Positions 49,436-59,761 are shown, counted from the first letter of the stretch. The stretch is 64,000 bases of DNA from Candidatus Latescibacterota bacterium (GCA_965237675.1 OZ250150.1:3168001-3232000); one strand, 5' to 3'. Translations and numbers: made by a program. Notes: a model not told the origin generated them from the sequence alone.

Positions 49436-51103
49436 ATGTCGGATGCGGGCATTCGAATTCAACTGGATCTGAGAATCCCCATGAGAGACGGGGTGAACCT
49501 CTACGGCGCGGCATATCGGCCCGCGCAGGGAGAGCGGTTTCCCGTTCTGTTGATCCGGTCGCCCTACAGCACACAGCACCCCAGGTACGTGGAATGGGCG
49601 GTGCGTTTTTCAGGGTCGGGATACGCGGTGGTGATGGTGGACAGCCGCGGGCGTTACGAGTCGGAGGGCGAGTGGCGGGCGTACGTGGATGAGGCGAGAG
49701 ACGGCTATGACACGCAGCAATGGATCGGGGCACAGGCGTGGTGCGACGGAAATATCGGAATGTTCGGGATTTCCTATCCCGGTTTCACCCAGATCCTGCC
49801 GGCCCCCTACCGGAGTCGCTTCGTGAAGGGACTTATGCCCATTGCGAATCAGGAGGATAACTACGGGCATCTGCGGTACAACGGCGTCCTTCAGTTGCAG
49901 AATGCGATGAACTGGATCTGGCTCGGCGGGCGGACCAATCAGAATGCGCCCAGGGACCTGCTGGACTGGGAACGGATCTACCGGCGGCTGCCGTTGATTT
50001 CGGCGATGGATGGCATCGCGGAACGCCCGTTCTTCCGCGAGGTGGTCCGGCATAACGAATTCGACGATTTCTGGTCGTCCTACAGCATGAAAGGCCGGTA
50101 CAAGGAGGTGAGCGCGCCAGCCTATTTCGTGACGGGTTGGTACGACAATCTGGTCCACGAGGGCTTCAAGTGTTTTCGCGGTTGGCGGATGGAAGCCGGC
50201 GATGCCAGGACCCGGCGATTGAGCCGTCTGATGGTCGGGCCCTGGACACACTCACAGATCGGGAGCGCGGAACCGTTCGGGGAAATTGATTTCGGGTCGG
50301 ATGCCGCGGTGGATATTCCCGGTGAACATCTGCGCTGGTACGATCAGCGGCTGCGCGGAATCGACACGGGGATCGACGAGGAACCGCCCGTCAGGATTTT
50401 TGTGATGGGCCGGAACGCGTGGCGTTGGGAGAACGAATGGCCGTTGGCGAGGACGAAATACACAATATACTATCTCCACAGCGGCGGCCGCGCCAATTCG
50501 CTGCTCGGCGACGGAGAACTCAGCCCTGAAGCGCCAGCGGATGAACCGGTGGATCGGTTCGACTACGATCCCGAGCATCCGGTGCCGACCGTGGGCGGAC
50601 AGAGTATGTTCCCCGCCAACACGGGTCCCAGGGATCGGCGCACCGTGGAAGGTCGCGAGGATGTACTGGTGTATTCCACGGCAACGCTGGCGTCGGACCT
50701 GGAAGTGACCGGACCGGTGGAACTCACCCTGTTTGCCGCGTCGGATGCACCGGATACGGATTTTACGGCCACGCTGGTGGACGTACATCCGGATGGCAGC
50801 GCGATTCACATTACGGAGGGCATCGTGCGGGCGCGTTTTCGCGAGTCTTATCGAGAACCCGACCTGATTCGGCCCGGGGCGGTGGTGGAATATCGGATCG
50901 TTCTCTGGGAGACGAGCAATCTCTTCAAAGCGGGGCATCGAATCAGACTGGAGGTCTCCAGCAGCAACTTTCCGCGGTTCGACCGGAATCTGAATACGGG
51001 CAATACGCCCGGCCTGGATGATGACGTGCGGGTTGCACGCCAGACGATCTATCACAACAGCCGCTACGCTTCACGCCTTCGTTTGCCGGTGGTTCCCGGA
51101 TGA
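49436..51103 (+). CDS. CocE/NonD family serine hydrolase
   Basis: IPMRDGV.L, RSPY, GISYPG, GWYD, GPWTH, SSSNFPRFDRN. Confidence 0.92.
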   Translation: MSDAGIRIQLDLRIPMRDGVNLYGAAYRPAQGERFPVLLIRSPYSTQHPRYVEWAVRFSGSGYAVVMVDSRGRYESEGEWRAYVDEARDGYDTQQWIGAQAWCDGNIGMFGISYPGFTQILPAPYRSRFVKGLMPIANQEDNYGHLRYNGVLQLQNAMNWIWLGGRTNQNAPRDLLDWERIYRRLPLISAMDGIAERPFFREVVRHNEFDDFWSSYSMKGRYKEVSAPAYFVTGWYDNLVHEGFKCFRGWRMEAGDARTRRLSRLMVGPWTHSQIGSAEPFGEIDFGSDAAVDIPGEHLRWYDQRLRGIDTGIDEEPPVRIFVMGRNAWRWENEWPLARTKYTIYYLHSGGRANSLLGDGELSPEAPADEPVDRFDYDPEHPVPTVGGQSMFPANTGPRDRRTVEGREDVLVYSTATLASDLEVTGPVELTLFAASDAPDTDFTATLVDVHPDGSAIHITEGIVRARFRESYREPDLIRPGAVVEYRIVLWETSNLFKAGHRIRLEVSSSNFPRFDRNLNTGNTPGLDDDVRVARQTIYHNSRYASRLRLPVVPG

Positions 51104-53193
51104 GTGAACGATCGTATCGAATTGGCGCGGACGTGGGCGGGACGTTTACCGATGTGATTCTCGTTGACAACGACGGGCATATCTGGACGCACAAAATACC
51201 CTCCACGCCGCCGGATTTCGAGCGGGCGGTATTGAACGCCATTGGGCATCTGTTGCACGAGGCCGCCGTACCGGGCGCCTCGATTCGGGACGTCGCGCAC
51301 GGCACCACGGTGGCGACCAACGCCGTCCTGGAGCACCGCGGCGCGAGGACGGCGTTGATTACCACGCGGGGTTTTCGCGACGTACTGGAATTGCGGCGGG
51401 TCAGGGCGCCGCAGATGTACGACTTGTTCTTCGACAAACCCGAACCGCTCGTGGACCGTTACCTGCGGTTCGAGGTCACGGAGCGCATCGCCGCCGACGG
51501 TGAAGTGCTGATTCCCTTAGACAAAACCGAACTCGAGGCGGTCAAAGCGGCGCTGACGCTGGAACAGGTGGAGTCGATTGCGGTGTGTACCCTTCATTCC
51601 TACGCGTTTCCGCGCCACGAACGTGCCATAGAGGCGTTTCTCAGAGACGCGTTGCCGGAGGTGCCGGTGTCTCTATCGTCGGAGATTCTACCGGAACGAC
51701 GGGAGTACGAACGCACTGCGACCACGGTCCTGAACGCCTATGTGCGCCCGGTGATGGAGCGTTATCTCCGGGCGATGCGGCGTGGTCTGCGAGAGCGAGG
51801 GATTCAGGCGCCGCTTCTGATTATGCAGTCCGCGGGCGGCCTGACGCCGGAAGCCGATGCGGCCCGGCGGCCCGTATATATTCTGGAATCCGGCCCGGCG
51901 GCGGGGGTTTTTGCGGCGCGTTTCGCAGGAGAGCGGCTGGGTATCGAGGACCTTATCACATTCGATATGGGAGGGACGACGGCGAAGGCGTCGATCGTTG
52001 AAGGCGGGGAGATTTACTACAGCCCGGAATACGAGGTCGGCGCATCCGTATCGGCGGGAAACAGATTGGTGGGCGGGGGCGGCGAGTTGATCCGGGCGCC
52101 GAGTATTGATATCGCGGAGGTGGGATCCGGCGGGGGCAGCGTGGCCTACCTGGACCGGGCGGGCGGGTTGCGGGTCGGACCCAGAAGCGCGGGCGCGGTG
52201 CCGGGGCCGGCCTGTTACGGCCGCGGGGGAGGTGAACCTACCGTAACCGACGCCAATGTGGTGCTGGGATATATCCGGCCGGGTGAACTGGCCGACGGCG
52301 AGGTTTCCGTAGACCCCGAGGCCGCACGAAGGGTCGTGCAAGATCGGATCGCGAAACCTCTGGGCATGGATCTGCTTGAGGCCGCCGAGGGCATCCACCG
52401 GATTGCCAATGCCCGGTCCATGCGGGCGTTGCGTGCCGTGTCCACCGAGCGGGGACGTGACCCGAGGGCATTCTCCCTGATCGTATTCGGTGGATCAGGG
52501 CCGATCCACGCGGCTGGCCTTGCCATGGAGTTACTCAGTCCGAGAGTCATCGTTCCGCCGTTGCCAGGGTTGTTCAGCGCGCTGGGACTTCTGTTCTCGG
52601 GCGTGGAACACCACGAAGTGTTCAGCTGCCTTCTCTCGGGCGACGGCTTGAACGCCGCAGCGCTGGGCGGCATTCAGTCGGATCTGAAACAGAAGATGCT
52701 GGCCCGGTTCGAGGCGGAGGGCTATTCCTCCGGACAGGTGGTATTGAACGACAGCGTCGACGTGCGCTTCAGAGGCCAAGCTTCGGAGATCCGCATTGCT
52801 GTGTCTGAATTCCCTGCGACTGACGCGGGCGTTCGGGGAGTTTGCGAAGCATTCGAACAGGAGCACCGGCGGCTGTACGGCCATTCGTCCGAACCCGACA
52901 ACCCTGTTGAGGTGGTTGCCGTTCGCCTGATCGGCAAAGCTGCCCTGGGCGGCCGGAGCCGGCAAATAAGGGCCGCGCAGCGGGGGGGCCGGAAGATGTC
53001 TGGCCGTATGGCGTATTTCGGAAAGGCATGGGGATCGGTGGAGACGCCCGTAGTCGACCGGGCCGACCTGACGGAGCCCCGACACGGACCCCTTCTGATT
53101 GATGAGTACGACACCACGATTGTGGTGCCTCCGGAAATGCGCGTGTACCGCGATGCGCAGGACTACTTGGTACTGGAAGGAAACAGCACGTAG
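51100..53193 (+). CDS. Hydantoinase/oxoprolinase subunit A (ATP-binding)
   Basis: DVGGTFTD, HGTTVATN, REYER, SGPAAG, DMGGTT, GSGGGS, PTVTDAN. Confidence 0.93.
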   Translation: MSERSYRIGADVGGTFTDVILVDNDGHIWTHKIPSTPPDFERAVLNAIGHLLHEAAVPGASIRDVAHGTTVATNAVLEHRGARTALITTRGFRDVLELRRVRAPQMYDLFFDKPEPLVDRYLRFEVTERIAADGEVLIPLDKTELEAVKAALTLEQVESIAVCTLHSYAFPRHERAIEAFLRDALPEVPVSLSSEILPERREYERTATTVLNAYVRPVMERYLRAMRRGLRERGIQAPLLIMQSAGGLTPEADAARRPVYILESGPAAGVFAARFAGERLGIEDLITFDMGGTTAKASIVEGGEIYYSPEYEVGASVSAGNRLVGGGGELIRAPSIDIAEVGSGGGSVAYLDRAGGLRVGPRSAGAVPGPACYGRGGGEPTVTDANVVLGYIRPGELADGEVSVDPEAARRVVQDRIAKPLGMDLLEAAEGIHRIANARSMRALRAVSTERGRDPRAFSLIVFGGSGPIHAAGLAMELLSPRVIVPPLPGLFSALGLLFSGVEHHEVFSCLLSGDGLNAAALGGIQSDLKQKMLARFEAEGYSSGQVVLNDSVDVRFRGQASEIRIAVSEFPATDAGVRGVCEAFEQEHRRLYGHSSEPDNPVEVVAVRLIGKAALGGRSRQIRAAQRGGRKMSGRMAYFGKAWGSVETPVVDRADLTEPRHGPLLIDEYDTTIVVPPEMRVYRDAQDYLVLEGNST

Positions 53194-53224
53194 CATTTGT
53201 CGGACGAGGGAGAGACATCGAACG

Positions 53225-54979
53225 ATGCCGGAAACCGATCCCATAACGCGCGAGATTATGCAGAACGCGCTTGCGGCTGTCGCCGACGAGATGAGCGCCG
53301 CGCTCTACCGCACGGCCTATTCCACCATTGTGCGCGACTGCCTGGACTATTCCACGTCGTTGTGCAACGCGGAAGGGCAGATGATTGCGCAGGGTGTCAC
53401 GATTCCGCTGCATCTGGGGTCGGTTCCGTATGCCATGGCCGCCCTGTTTGAACGCTACGGCGACGAGATTGACCCCGGTGACGTCTTTATTCTGAACGAT
53501 CCTTTCGACGGCGGGATGCATATCCCGGATATTTTTATTGTGCGGCCGATTTTCTGGGAAGGCGAGCGGGTGGCCTTTGCGGTGAGCACGGCGCATCACC
53601 TGGACCTGGGGGGACGGTTGCCCGGCAGTTCGGCGTGCGATAACACGGAGATCTTTCAGGAAGGGATTCGCATTCCGTGGTTGAAGCTCTATCGCCGGGG
53701 CGAACCGGACGAGTCCATTTTCGCCCTGATCCGGGCGAATGTGCGGGTGCCGCAGATGACGATCGGGGATATCAGGGCGCAGTTGGCAGCCTGCCACATC
53801 GGGGAGCGGGCGGTGCATTCGTTAATTGAACGATACGGCCTGGATACGATTGTGGCGTGCGCAGATGATCTGATCGACTATACGGAGCGGTTGGTACGCT
53901 CGGAGATTGCGTCCTGGCCCGATGGATCCCATACCTTCACCGATTATCTGGATAGCGATGGCGTGGGCGGCCCGAGGGTTCGAATTCGGGTGACAGTGAC
54001 CGTACGGGGGGATTCGCTCACCGCCGATTTTACGGGTACGGACCCGCAGGTGCGGGGGGCGGTCAACAGCACGCTCTCGTTTACGGCAGCCGTGGTGGCA
54101 CTGTGCGTGCGCGCCGTGATGCGGGAGGAGATTCCGAACACGGAAGGGATGTTCCGGCCGCTGGAGATCATCGCGCCCGAGGGAACGCTCGTGAATGTGC
54201 GGATGCCCGGCGCGTCGTCGATGCGCGGCGTGACGGGGTTTCGGATGGCGGACGCGGTCTTCGGGGCGCTGGCCGGGCTGCTCCCCGACCGGGTGCTGGC
54301 GGCGGGCGAGGGCGGCAATACGCTGGTGATAATCGGCGGCCAACGTCAGGACCGGTCGCCCTACGTTTACTATGAGTTGCTCTCCGGAACCTGGGGCGCA
54401 CGGCCGGATCGGGACGGGAACGACGGTTTGTGCAATCCGGCGAACGTGGCCAGCAATATTCCCATTGAACAGGCGGAATGCGAATACCCTGTCAGAATCG
54501 ACCGGTACGGGCTGGTTTGCGACAGCGGGGGTGCGGGACGATATCGGGGCGGGATGGCGATCGAGCGGGAGTGGACGCTGCTGTCGGGCGAGGCGCACCT
54601 GGCGATTCGGTCCGATCGAAGAGACCATCTGCCGTACGGATTGTATGGGGGCGGGCCGGCGACGGGATCGAACAACGTGCTTTATTTTAAAGATGGCAGT
54701 AGAGTGTTGCCGACGATGATTTCAACCACGATGTCGGCCGGTGAGCGAATCTACCACCGCCAGGCGGGTGGAGGCGGATGGGGCGATCCGATGGAACGGG
54801 ACCCCGCGGTCGTCGCGCGGGACGTGAAGAACGGGAAGGTGTCTGTGAAACAGGCGCGGGATCAGTACGGCGTGGTGTTGGACCCCGGGAACCTCACGGT
54901 GTGCGAGAGGGAAACCACGAACACGCGACAACGAATGGCGGCGCATGATGCCGGGCGGGATCGTCGGGATTCGGGTTGA
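53225..54979 (+). CDS. Hydantoinase B/oxoprolinase subunit
   Basis: RTAYST, NDPF.GG.H.PD, HH.D.GG, EG, DFTG, DSGGAGRYRGG, GGGGWGDP. Confidence 0.93.
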   Translation: MPETDPITREIMQNALAAVADEMSAALYRTAYSTIVRDCLDYSTSLCNAEGQMIAQGVTIPLHLGSVPYAMAALFERYGDEIDPGDVFILNDPFDGGMHIPDIFIVRPIFWEGERVAFAVSTAHHLDLGGRLPGSSACDNTEIFQEGIRIPWLKLYRRGEPDESIFALIRANVRVPQMTIGDIRAQLAACHIGERAVHSLIERYGLDTIVACADDLIDYTERLVRSEIASWPDGSHTFTDYLDSDGVGGPRVRIRVTVTVRGDSLTADFTGTDPQVRGAVNSTLSFTAAVVALCVRAVMREEIPNTEGMFRPLEIIAPEGTLVNVRMPGASSMRGVTGFRMADAVFGALAGLLPDRVLAAGEGGNTLVIIGGQRQDRSPYVYYELLSGTWGARPDRDGNDGLCNPANVASNIPIEQAECEYPVRIDRYGLVCDSGGAGRYRGGMAIEREWTLLSGEAHLAIRSDRRDHLPYGLYGGGPATGSNNVLYFKDGSRVLPTMISTTMSAGERIYHRQAGGGGWGDPMERDPAVVARDVKNGKVSVKQARDQYGVVLDPGNLTVCERETTNTRQRMAAHDAGRDRRDSG

Positions 54980-55004
54980 CTGATAACGGAAAGCAGGATA
55001 TATT
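54976..55004 (+). promoter_or_regulatory. Putative promoter of ankyrin gene 1
   Basis: TTGACT-N17-TATATT; the -35 overlaps the upstream stop codon. Confidence 0.55.
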
Positions 55005-55048
55005 TTGGTAACTGGAATCTTCCCTGATATCAAAATCGGAGTTGGGCG

Positions 55049-55885
55049 ATGTCCTGGACGATAAGACGATTCGCTGTGTTGTTGATGTTGTTGGGCACGA
55101 CGGGCTGCGGCGCCTCGTTGTTGGAACTGTCGAAACGTGGAGACCTGCAGGCGGTAGAGCAGGCGTTGCAACGTGGAAGCAACGTGAATGCCAGGACGGT
55201 TCAGGGGCACAGCCCGTTGACTCTGGCGGCACGGGAGGGCCACCTGGCGGTCGTTCAGGCCCTGATTCAGGCCGGCGCGGATCCGGACGCTGTGGCGTGG
55301 TCATTAAGCACACATCCGCGCCCCCGTGCATTTCGCCACCAGGGGTCCGAACTTACGAGGGAACGTTTCGTGAACGCCGACAGTTCCGGGCCGCAGTCCA
55401 GGTTTATGGCCGAGCGTACCGAAATCGATGTGGTCTGGGTGCTGAAAGATGGGAAAACACCCCTGATGCTCGCCGCCGAAAGGGGTCACCTGGATGTGGT
55501 TGAAGCGCTGGTCGATAACGGCGCCGATGTGCGGTTGACAAGCGGCGGCTATTGGGCGCTCGACACAAAGCCTGATAGGGAGAACTTCGACTTTTCTGCT
55601 TACCCGAGTGTTCCCCAGCCTCGAGATCCTGGCGACGTCTCTGGCCATTTCCTTCAACACAGCCGCTATTATGGCCATGAATCTTATGAATACGGCGACT
55701 ACGTTGAAACGGAAGACGCCTCTGGCAAACTCTCCGCCAGTGCGTTTCATGGTTATCCCCGGCGGTTTTACGACTCGCCGGACAGAAAGACGGCACGGGA
55801 TCTGGCGTATGAGTACGGGCATGTGGACATCGTCGATTTTCTTCGAAAAGCCATCCGGAGGAGGCCTGCATCGAGTTCAAGATAG
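55049..55885 (+). CDS. Ankyrin-repeat lipoprotein with long loop insertions (paralog 1)
   Basis: Lipobox-like TTGC; GHSPLTLAAREGHL..., GKTPLMLAAERGHL..., RKTARDLA..GH. Confidence 0.88.
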   Translation: MSWTIRRFAVLLMLLGTTGCGASLLELSKRGDLQAVEQALQRGSNVNARTVQGHSPLTLAAREGHLAVVQALIQAGADPDAVAWSLSTHPRPRAFRHQGSELTRERFVNADSSGPQSRFMAERTEIDVVWVLKDGKTPLMLAAERGHLDVVEALVDNGADVRLTSGGYWALDTKPDRENFDFSAYPSVPQPRDPGDVSGHFLQHSRYYGHESYEYGDYVETEDASGKLSASAFHGYPRRFYDSPDRKTARDLAYEYGHVDIVDFLRKAIRRRPASSSR

Positions 55886-56197
55886 GACCCTGGAGTGGTC
55901 TTTTCCGTTGGAGATTCGGTCTCGTAAGATCTTTACCTTGCGAGGCCGTCTTGTTGATGTGGGTGAGTTGTGTCCATGGAGTTCATTATTACAGGGTTGT
56001 TGGTCTAACCATAATATAATACAATGACTTGAGTAAGGAAACTGCTTTTCTTGTGAATAATTCGGGCTCGGTCAACGAAGCATGATAATGAAATTCACAC
56101 TTTTGATCTTACATCTGGCATGGAAGTGGACCCCGTCTTCGGTGTTTATCCAGGGCCGCAGGCAGTTCGTATATGGTCGGGGCGGTTGAGATACGGA

Positions 56198-56225
56198 TTG
56201 ACTTAAGGGACGAAGGGGGTATATT
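56198..56225 (+). promoter_or_regulatory. Putative promoter of ankyrin gene 2
   Basis: TTGACT-N16-TATATT. Confidence 0.5.
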
Positions 56226-56273
56226 CTCGATCAGAACGAGCAGTCAAAAAACGATTCGCAGCGGAGGCGGCCA

Positions 56274-56996
56274 ATGTCTCGAACGATCAAGCCATTTGCA
56301 TTTCTGTTGATCGTGATGGGTGTGGGGGGTTGCGGCGCCTCGTTGATGGAATTGTCACAGCGCGGAGACCTGCAAGCCGTGCAGCGGGCGTTGCACGATG
56401 GACACGACGTGAATGCCAGGACGGTTCAGGGGCAAAGCCCGCTGACGCTGGCGGCCAGGGAAGGGCACCTGGACGTAGTCCGGGCGTTGATTCAGGCCGG
56501 TGCGGAACTGGATGTCAGGGCCTGGACTATAGGCGCAAATTCGCGTACGCGCATCTACCGCCATCTGGCTCCAGAGCTTACCCGAGAGCGGTTCGTAAAT
56601 GTCGACAGTTCCGGACCTCAGTCCCTGTTCATGGCGCAGCGTTCCCGTGACCACGCCAACCTTGCGCTGAGAGACGGGAAAACGGCGCTGATGTTCGCCG
56701 CTGAGAGGGGGCACGTGGAGATCGTCAAAGCGCTGATCCAGGCAGGCGCGGACGTGCGTAAAAAAAGTGGCTCTACTCGAAGTCGTCTTTATGATCGTCG
56801 TGGACACGCCGGTGTCGACGCAAACAGCCGCACGCCTAAGAGGATCGGATATCTTAATCGTACGTATCCCCAACAGGTTCACGATTCGCCGGACAGAAAA
56901 ACCGCACAGGATTTGGCTTACGAGAATGGGCATATGGATATCGTGAATCTTCTAATAAAGGCCGACCTGCGGTTGCTTGAAGGGAGCAACAGGTAA
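56274..56996 (+). CDS. Ankyrin-repeat lipoprotein with long loop insertions (paralog 2)
   Basis: Lipobox VGGC; same ankyrin scaffold as paralog 1. GGAGG RBS. Confidence 0.88.
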   Translation: MSRTIKPFAFLLIVMGVGGCGASLMELSQRGDLQAVQRALHDGHDVNARTVQGQSPLTLAAREGHLDVVRALIQAGAELDVRAWTIGANSRTRIYRHLAPELTRERFVNVDSSGPQSLFMAQRSRDHANLALRDGKTALMFAAERGHVEIVKALIQAGADVRKKSGSTRSRLYDRRGHAGVDANSRTPKRIGYLNRTYPQQVHDSPDRKTAQDLAYENGHMDIVNLLIKADLRLLEGSNR

Positions 56997-57115
56997 GTGC
57001 TTTCAGTATTGGTGCCAGGTGTCGGGACGGTCTCGTAATGGCGTTACCTTGCGAGACTGTTTTTTTACGTATGGGCGAGTTGGTTCCATCAGGTTCGCGA
57101 ATCGAAAGAAATACC

Positions 57116-58705
57116 ATGGATATGGTGATTTCGGGCGGGACGGTAGTTGACGGTACGGGTAGCCCGCCGGTCCGGGCCGACGTGGCCGTGGCCGACGGCC
57201 GGATCGTCGACGTCGGCCGGTTCCGGCGGCCGGAGGGCGTACCGTGTGTGGATGCGGCCGGCTGCTACGTGGCGCCCGGGTTTATCGATATTCACAGTCA
57301 TTCCGATTTCACCCTGGTCGTGGACCCGCGGGCGGTGAGTTCGGTCATGCAGGGCGTAACGCTCGAGGTGGTGGGGAATTGCGGGCATGGGTGCGCGCCG
57401 ATTGGCGACCCTGCGCGTGCCAGGTCGAACATATACGGGTGCAGGACCGGGCATGAGATTGACTGGCGTACCGTGGGCGAGTACCTGGATCGCCTGGAGG
57501 CGCAACGCCCGGCCGTAAATGTCATGACGCTGGTGCCCAACGGAAACCTGAGACTGGCGGTCTGCGAAGCCGTGGATCGCCCGTCCACGCCGGACGAACT
57601 CAGAAAGATGAAACGCCTGCTGGCGCAGGGGATGGAAGAGGGGTCCGTGGGGTATTCCACGGGCCTGGAATACGGTCCGGAGCGGGATTGTCCCGAAGAA
57701 GAGATCTCCGAGCTATGTGCGATCGCCGCGGAATACGGCGGGATCTACTCGACCCATACCCGCAACCGTATGGGCGAGGCGGAGGAGACCGTCGCCGAGG
57801 CGATTCGCACGGCCGAAACGGCCGACGCGCCCCTGCAGATCTCGCATATATCGTCCGTGGCCAGGCTCGCTGAAGACGGCCGGTGGGCGGTCGATCGGGC
57901 GCTAGAACAGGTGGACCGGGCGCGCAGGAGCGGGTTGGACGTGCAGTTCGATATGCACACGCGGCTTTTCGGGACCACCAACTTGAGCGCCGCTCTACCC
58001 CCGTGGGCGCTGGAGGGACGTTCAAAAGACATCGCGAGGCGGCTGCGGGATCCATCCTTACGCCGGGAGATGGAAAACTGCCGGAGTATCGTTTCCGCGC
58101 TGGCACGGGGCGACTGGAGTCGGATTGTTATCTTTCACTCGCCAGCGCAGCCGGAGCTTGCGGGGAAGAGTATTGCCGAACTGTCCGCCGCCGGAACCGG
58201 TAACGCCTTTGACGCAATCGCCGATATTCTGCTCGTTGGAATCGACTATCTGCACGAAATTATGGTGATCGCGTTCAGTTATTGCGAGGCGGACGTGCGG
58301 CCGGCATTCGAACACCCGTTCTGCATGGTCGGGTCCGACGCGACCGCGCTGGCCGCGGACGGCCCGTTGAAGGATAATACCTTCCACGGCGCCTATACGT
58401 GGGCATCCTGGTTTTTTCGGCATTTCGTCCGCGAACGGAAGTTGCTCAGCCCGCAGGAGGCCGTGCGCAGGTTGACAACTCTGCCGGCTTCGCGGCTGGG
58501 GTTGACCGACCGCGGTGTGATACGCAAACAGGCGCGGGCGGACCTGGCCATCTTCGATCCGAGCGTGTTTGCCGAGCGAGGCACGACGTTCGAGCCCAAT
58601 CGGACAGCCGCGGGTATGCGGCACGTGCTGGTCAACGGCGGCTTCACAGTAAGGGATGGCGATCTTACGGGACAGCGATTCGGCCAGGTGCTTCGCCGAG
58701 CCTGA
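57116..58705 (+). CDS. N-acyl-D-amino-acid deacylase (D-aminoacylase family)
   Basis: VVDGTG, APGFIDIHSHSD, GNCG, STGLEY, H.R, ISH, GSD, ADLAIFD, VLVNG. Confidence 0.9.
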   Translation: MDMVISGGTVVDGTGSPPVRADVAVADGRIVDVGRFRRPEGVPCVDAAGCYVAPGFIDIHSHSDFTLVVDPRAVSSVMQGVTLEVVGNCGHGCAPIGDPARARSNIYGCRTGHEIDWRTVGEYLDRLEAQRPAVNVMTLVPNGNLRLAVCEAVDRPSTPDELRKMKRLLAQGMEEGSVGYSTGLEYGPERDCPEEEISELCAIAAEYGGIYSTHTRNRMGEAEETVAEAIRTAETADAPLQISHISSVARLAEDGRWAVDRALEQVDRARRSGLDVQFDMHTRLFGTTNLSAALPPWALEGRSKDIARRLRDPSLRREMENCRSIVSALARGDWSRIVIFHSPAQPELAGKSIAELSAAGTGNAFDAIADILLVGIDYLHEIMVIAFSYCEADVRPAFEHPFCMVGSDATALAADGPLKDNTFHGAYTWASWFFRHFVRERKLLSPQEAVRRLTTLPASRLGLTDRGVIRKQARADLAIFDPSVFAERGTTFEPNRTAAGMRHVLVNGGFTVRDGDLTGQRFGQVLRRA

Positions 58706-58759
58706 CGGGCTTCAAACCGACATCGCGCTACTCCCGTATATTTCCCATGGAGGAGATTT

Positions 58760-59761
58760 ATGGAACGGAACCCGCTTTCAGGTCGGATAGTTTGGAGGTT
58801 CAGCGGCGACAATCCGGCGGTCGCGCCGGGTCAGCTGCACCCGGATATGGATAGTCGGCGCGCTGGCGCCGCGCATGTTGTGCAGGTCGGAGATCGATAC
58901 CGGATGTATTACTGGGGAACCGGAACGGATGGGTATCATCACATTCTGCTTGCCGAGAGCCACGTGGATGCGCCGAACGACTGGCGGCCGCTGGGCTCCG
59001 TGCTGGACCGGCAGCCCGGCACCGCGTATAACGATCAGGGGCCGGGGTTTCCGTTTGTGGTTCCGGGGGAAGACGGCCCGTGGCTCCTGTATTTCTGCGG
59101 GTGGGGCAAACCCAGGGCGGACGGCAAACTGCCCAATACCACGGGTGTGGCATTCAGCGATGACGGCGGATACCGGTTTGTTTGCCGGCAACGGCAACCG
59201 ATTTTGCCGATGGACCGGGACTGGGACCGCGAGGGAACCGGAAGCGTATTTGTCTTGCACGACGGCGACGGGTACCATATGTATTATACGGCCATCGGTG
59301 CCTATTTCGCCAGGCCCGAGGGCGCCAGGACGGGCCACGGGGATGTGATACCCCGTATAGGGGTCGGTTACGCGGTTTCGGCAGACGGGTTGATATGGAC
59401 CAAACCGCTGAATGGTCTGATGGTTAGACCAAGGGGTTTCGACACCGAACCCTACGAGTACATCTGTTCAAAGCCCTTCGTTTTGCGGGAACCTGAAGGT
59501 TACAGGATGTGGGTGAACACGTTTGGTACGGCCTATCGGATGAGGAGTCTGGTCGGATCCGACGGCCGGGACTGGCGATGGTGCAAAAGCGGATGCGATG
59601 GGGAGTTGGGTGTGGGCGCGCCGGGCGCGTTCGACGACAGACAGCGGTGTTACGTGAGTGTCGTAAAATGCGGCGACGAATATCGGTGTTGGTACACCGG
59701 CAACGGGTTCGGCGCAACGGGGATGGGTTACGCGGTGGGACGGGTTGAGAGTGAGCGATGA
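58760..59761 (+). CDS. Beta-propeller glycoside hydrolase-like protein
   Basis: Repeated 'YRMYYWG / WLLYFCG / YHMYYTA / YRMWV / YRCWYTG' blades with S.DG..W motifs. Confidence 0.7.
   Translation: MERNPLSGRIVWRFSGDNPAVAPGQLHPDMDSRRAGAAHVVQVGDRYRMYYWGTGTDGYHHILLAESHVDAPNDWRPLGSVLDRQPGTAYNDQGPGFPFVVPGEDGPWLLYFCGWGKPRADGKLPNTTGVAFSDDGGYRFVCRQRQPILPMDRDWDREGTGSVFVLHDGDGYHMYYTAIGAYFARPEGARTGHGDVIPRIGVGYAVSADGLIWTKPLNGLMVRPRGFDTEPYEYICSKPFVLREPEGYRMWVNTFGTAYRMRSLVGSDGRDWRWCKSGCDGELGVGAPGAFDDRQRCYVSVVKCGDEYRCWYTGNGFGATGMGYAVGRVESER

Larger units (their letters stand above)
55049..56996 (+). repeat. Tandem gene duplication (two ankyrin paralogs)
   Basis: Shared nucleotide blocks, e.g. ACGTGAATGCCAGGACGGTTCAGGGGCA and TCGCCGGACAGAAA, in both genes. 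Confidence 0.85.

Noticed and set aside
55049-56996. Diversity-generating retroelement acting on the ankyrin genes
   Set aside because: No reverse transcriptase in the window, no near-identical TR/VR pair, and differences are not restricted to adenines.
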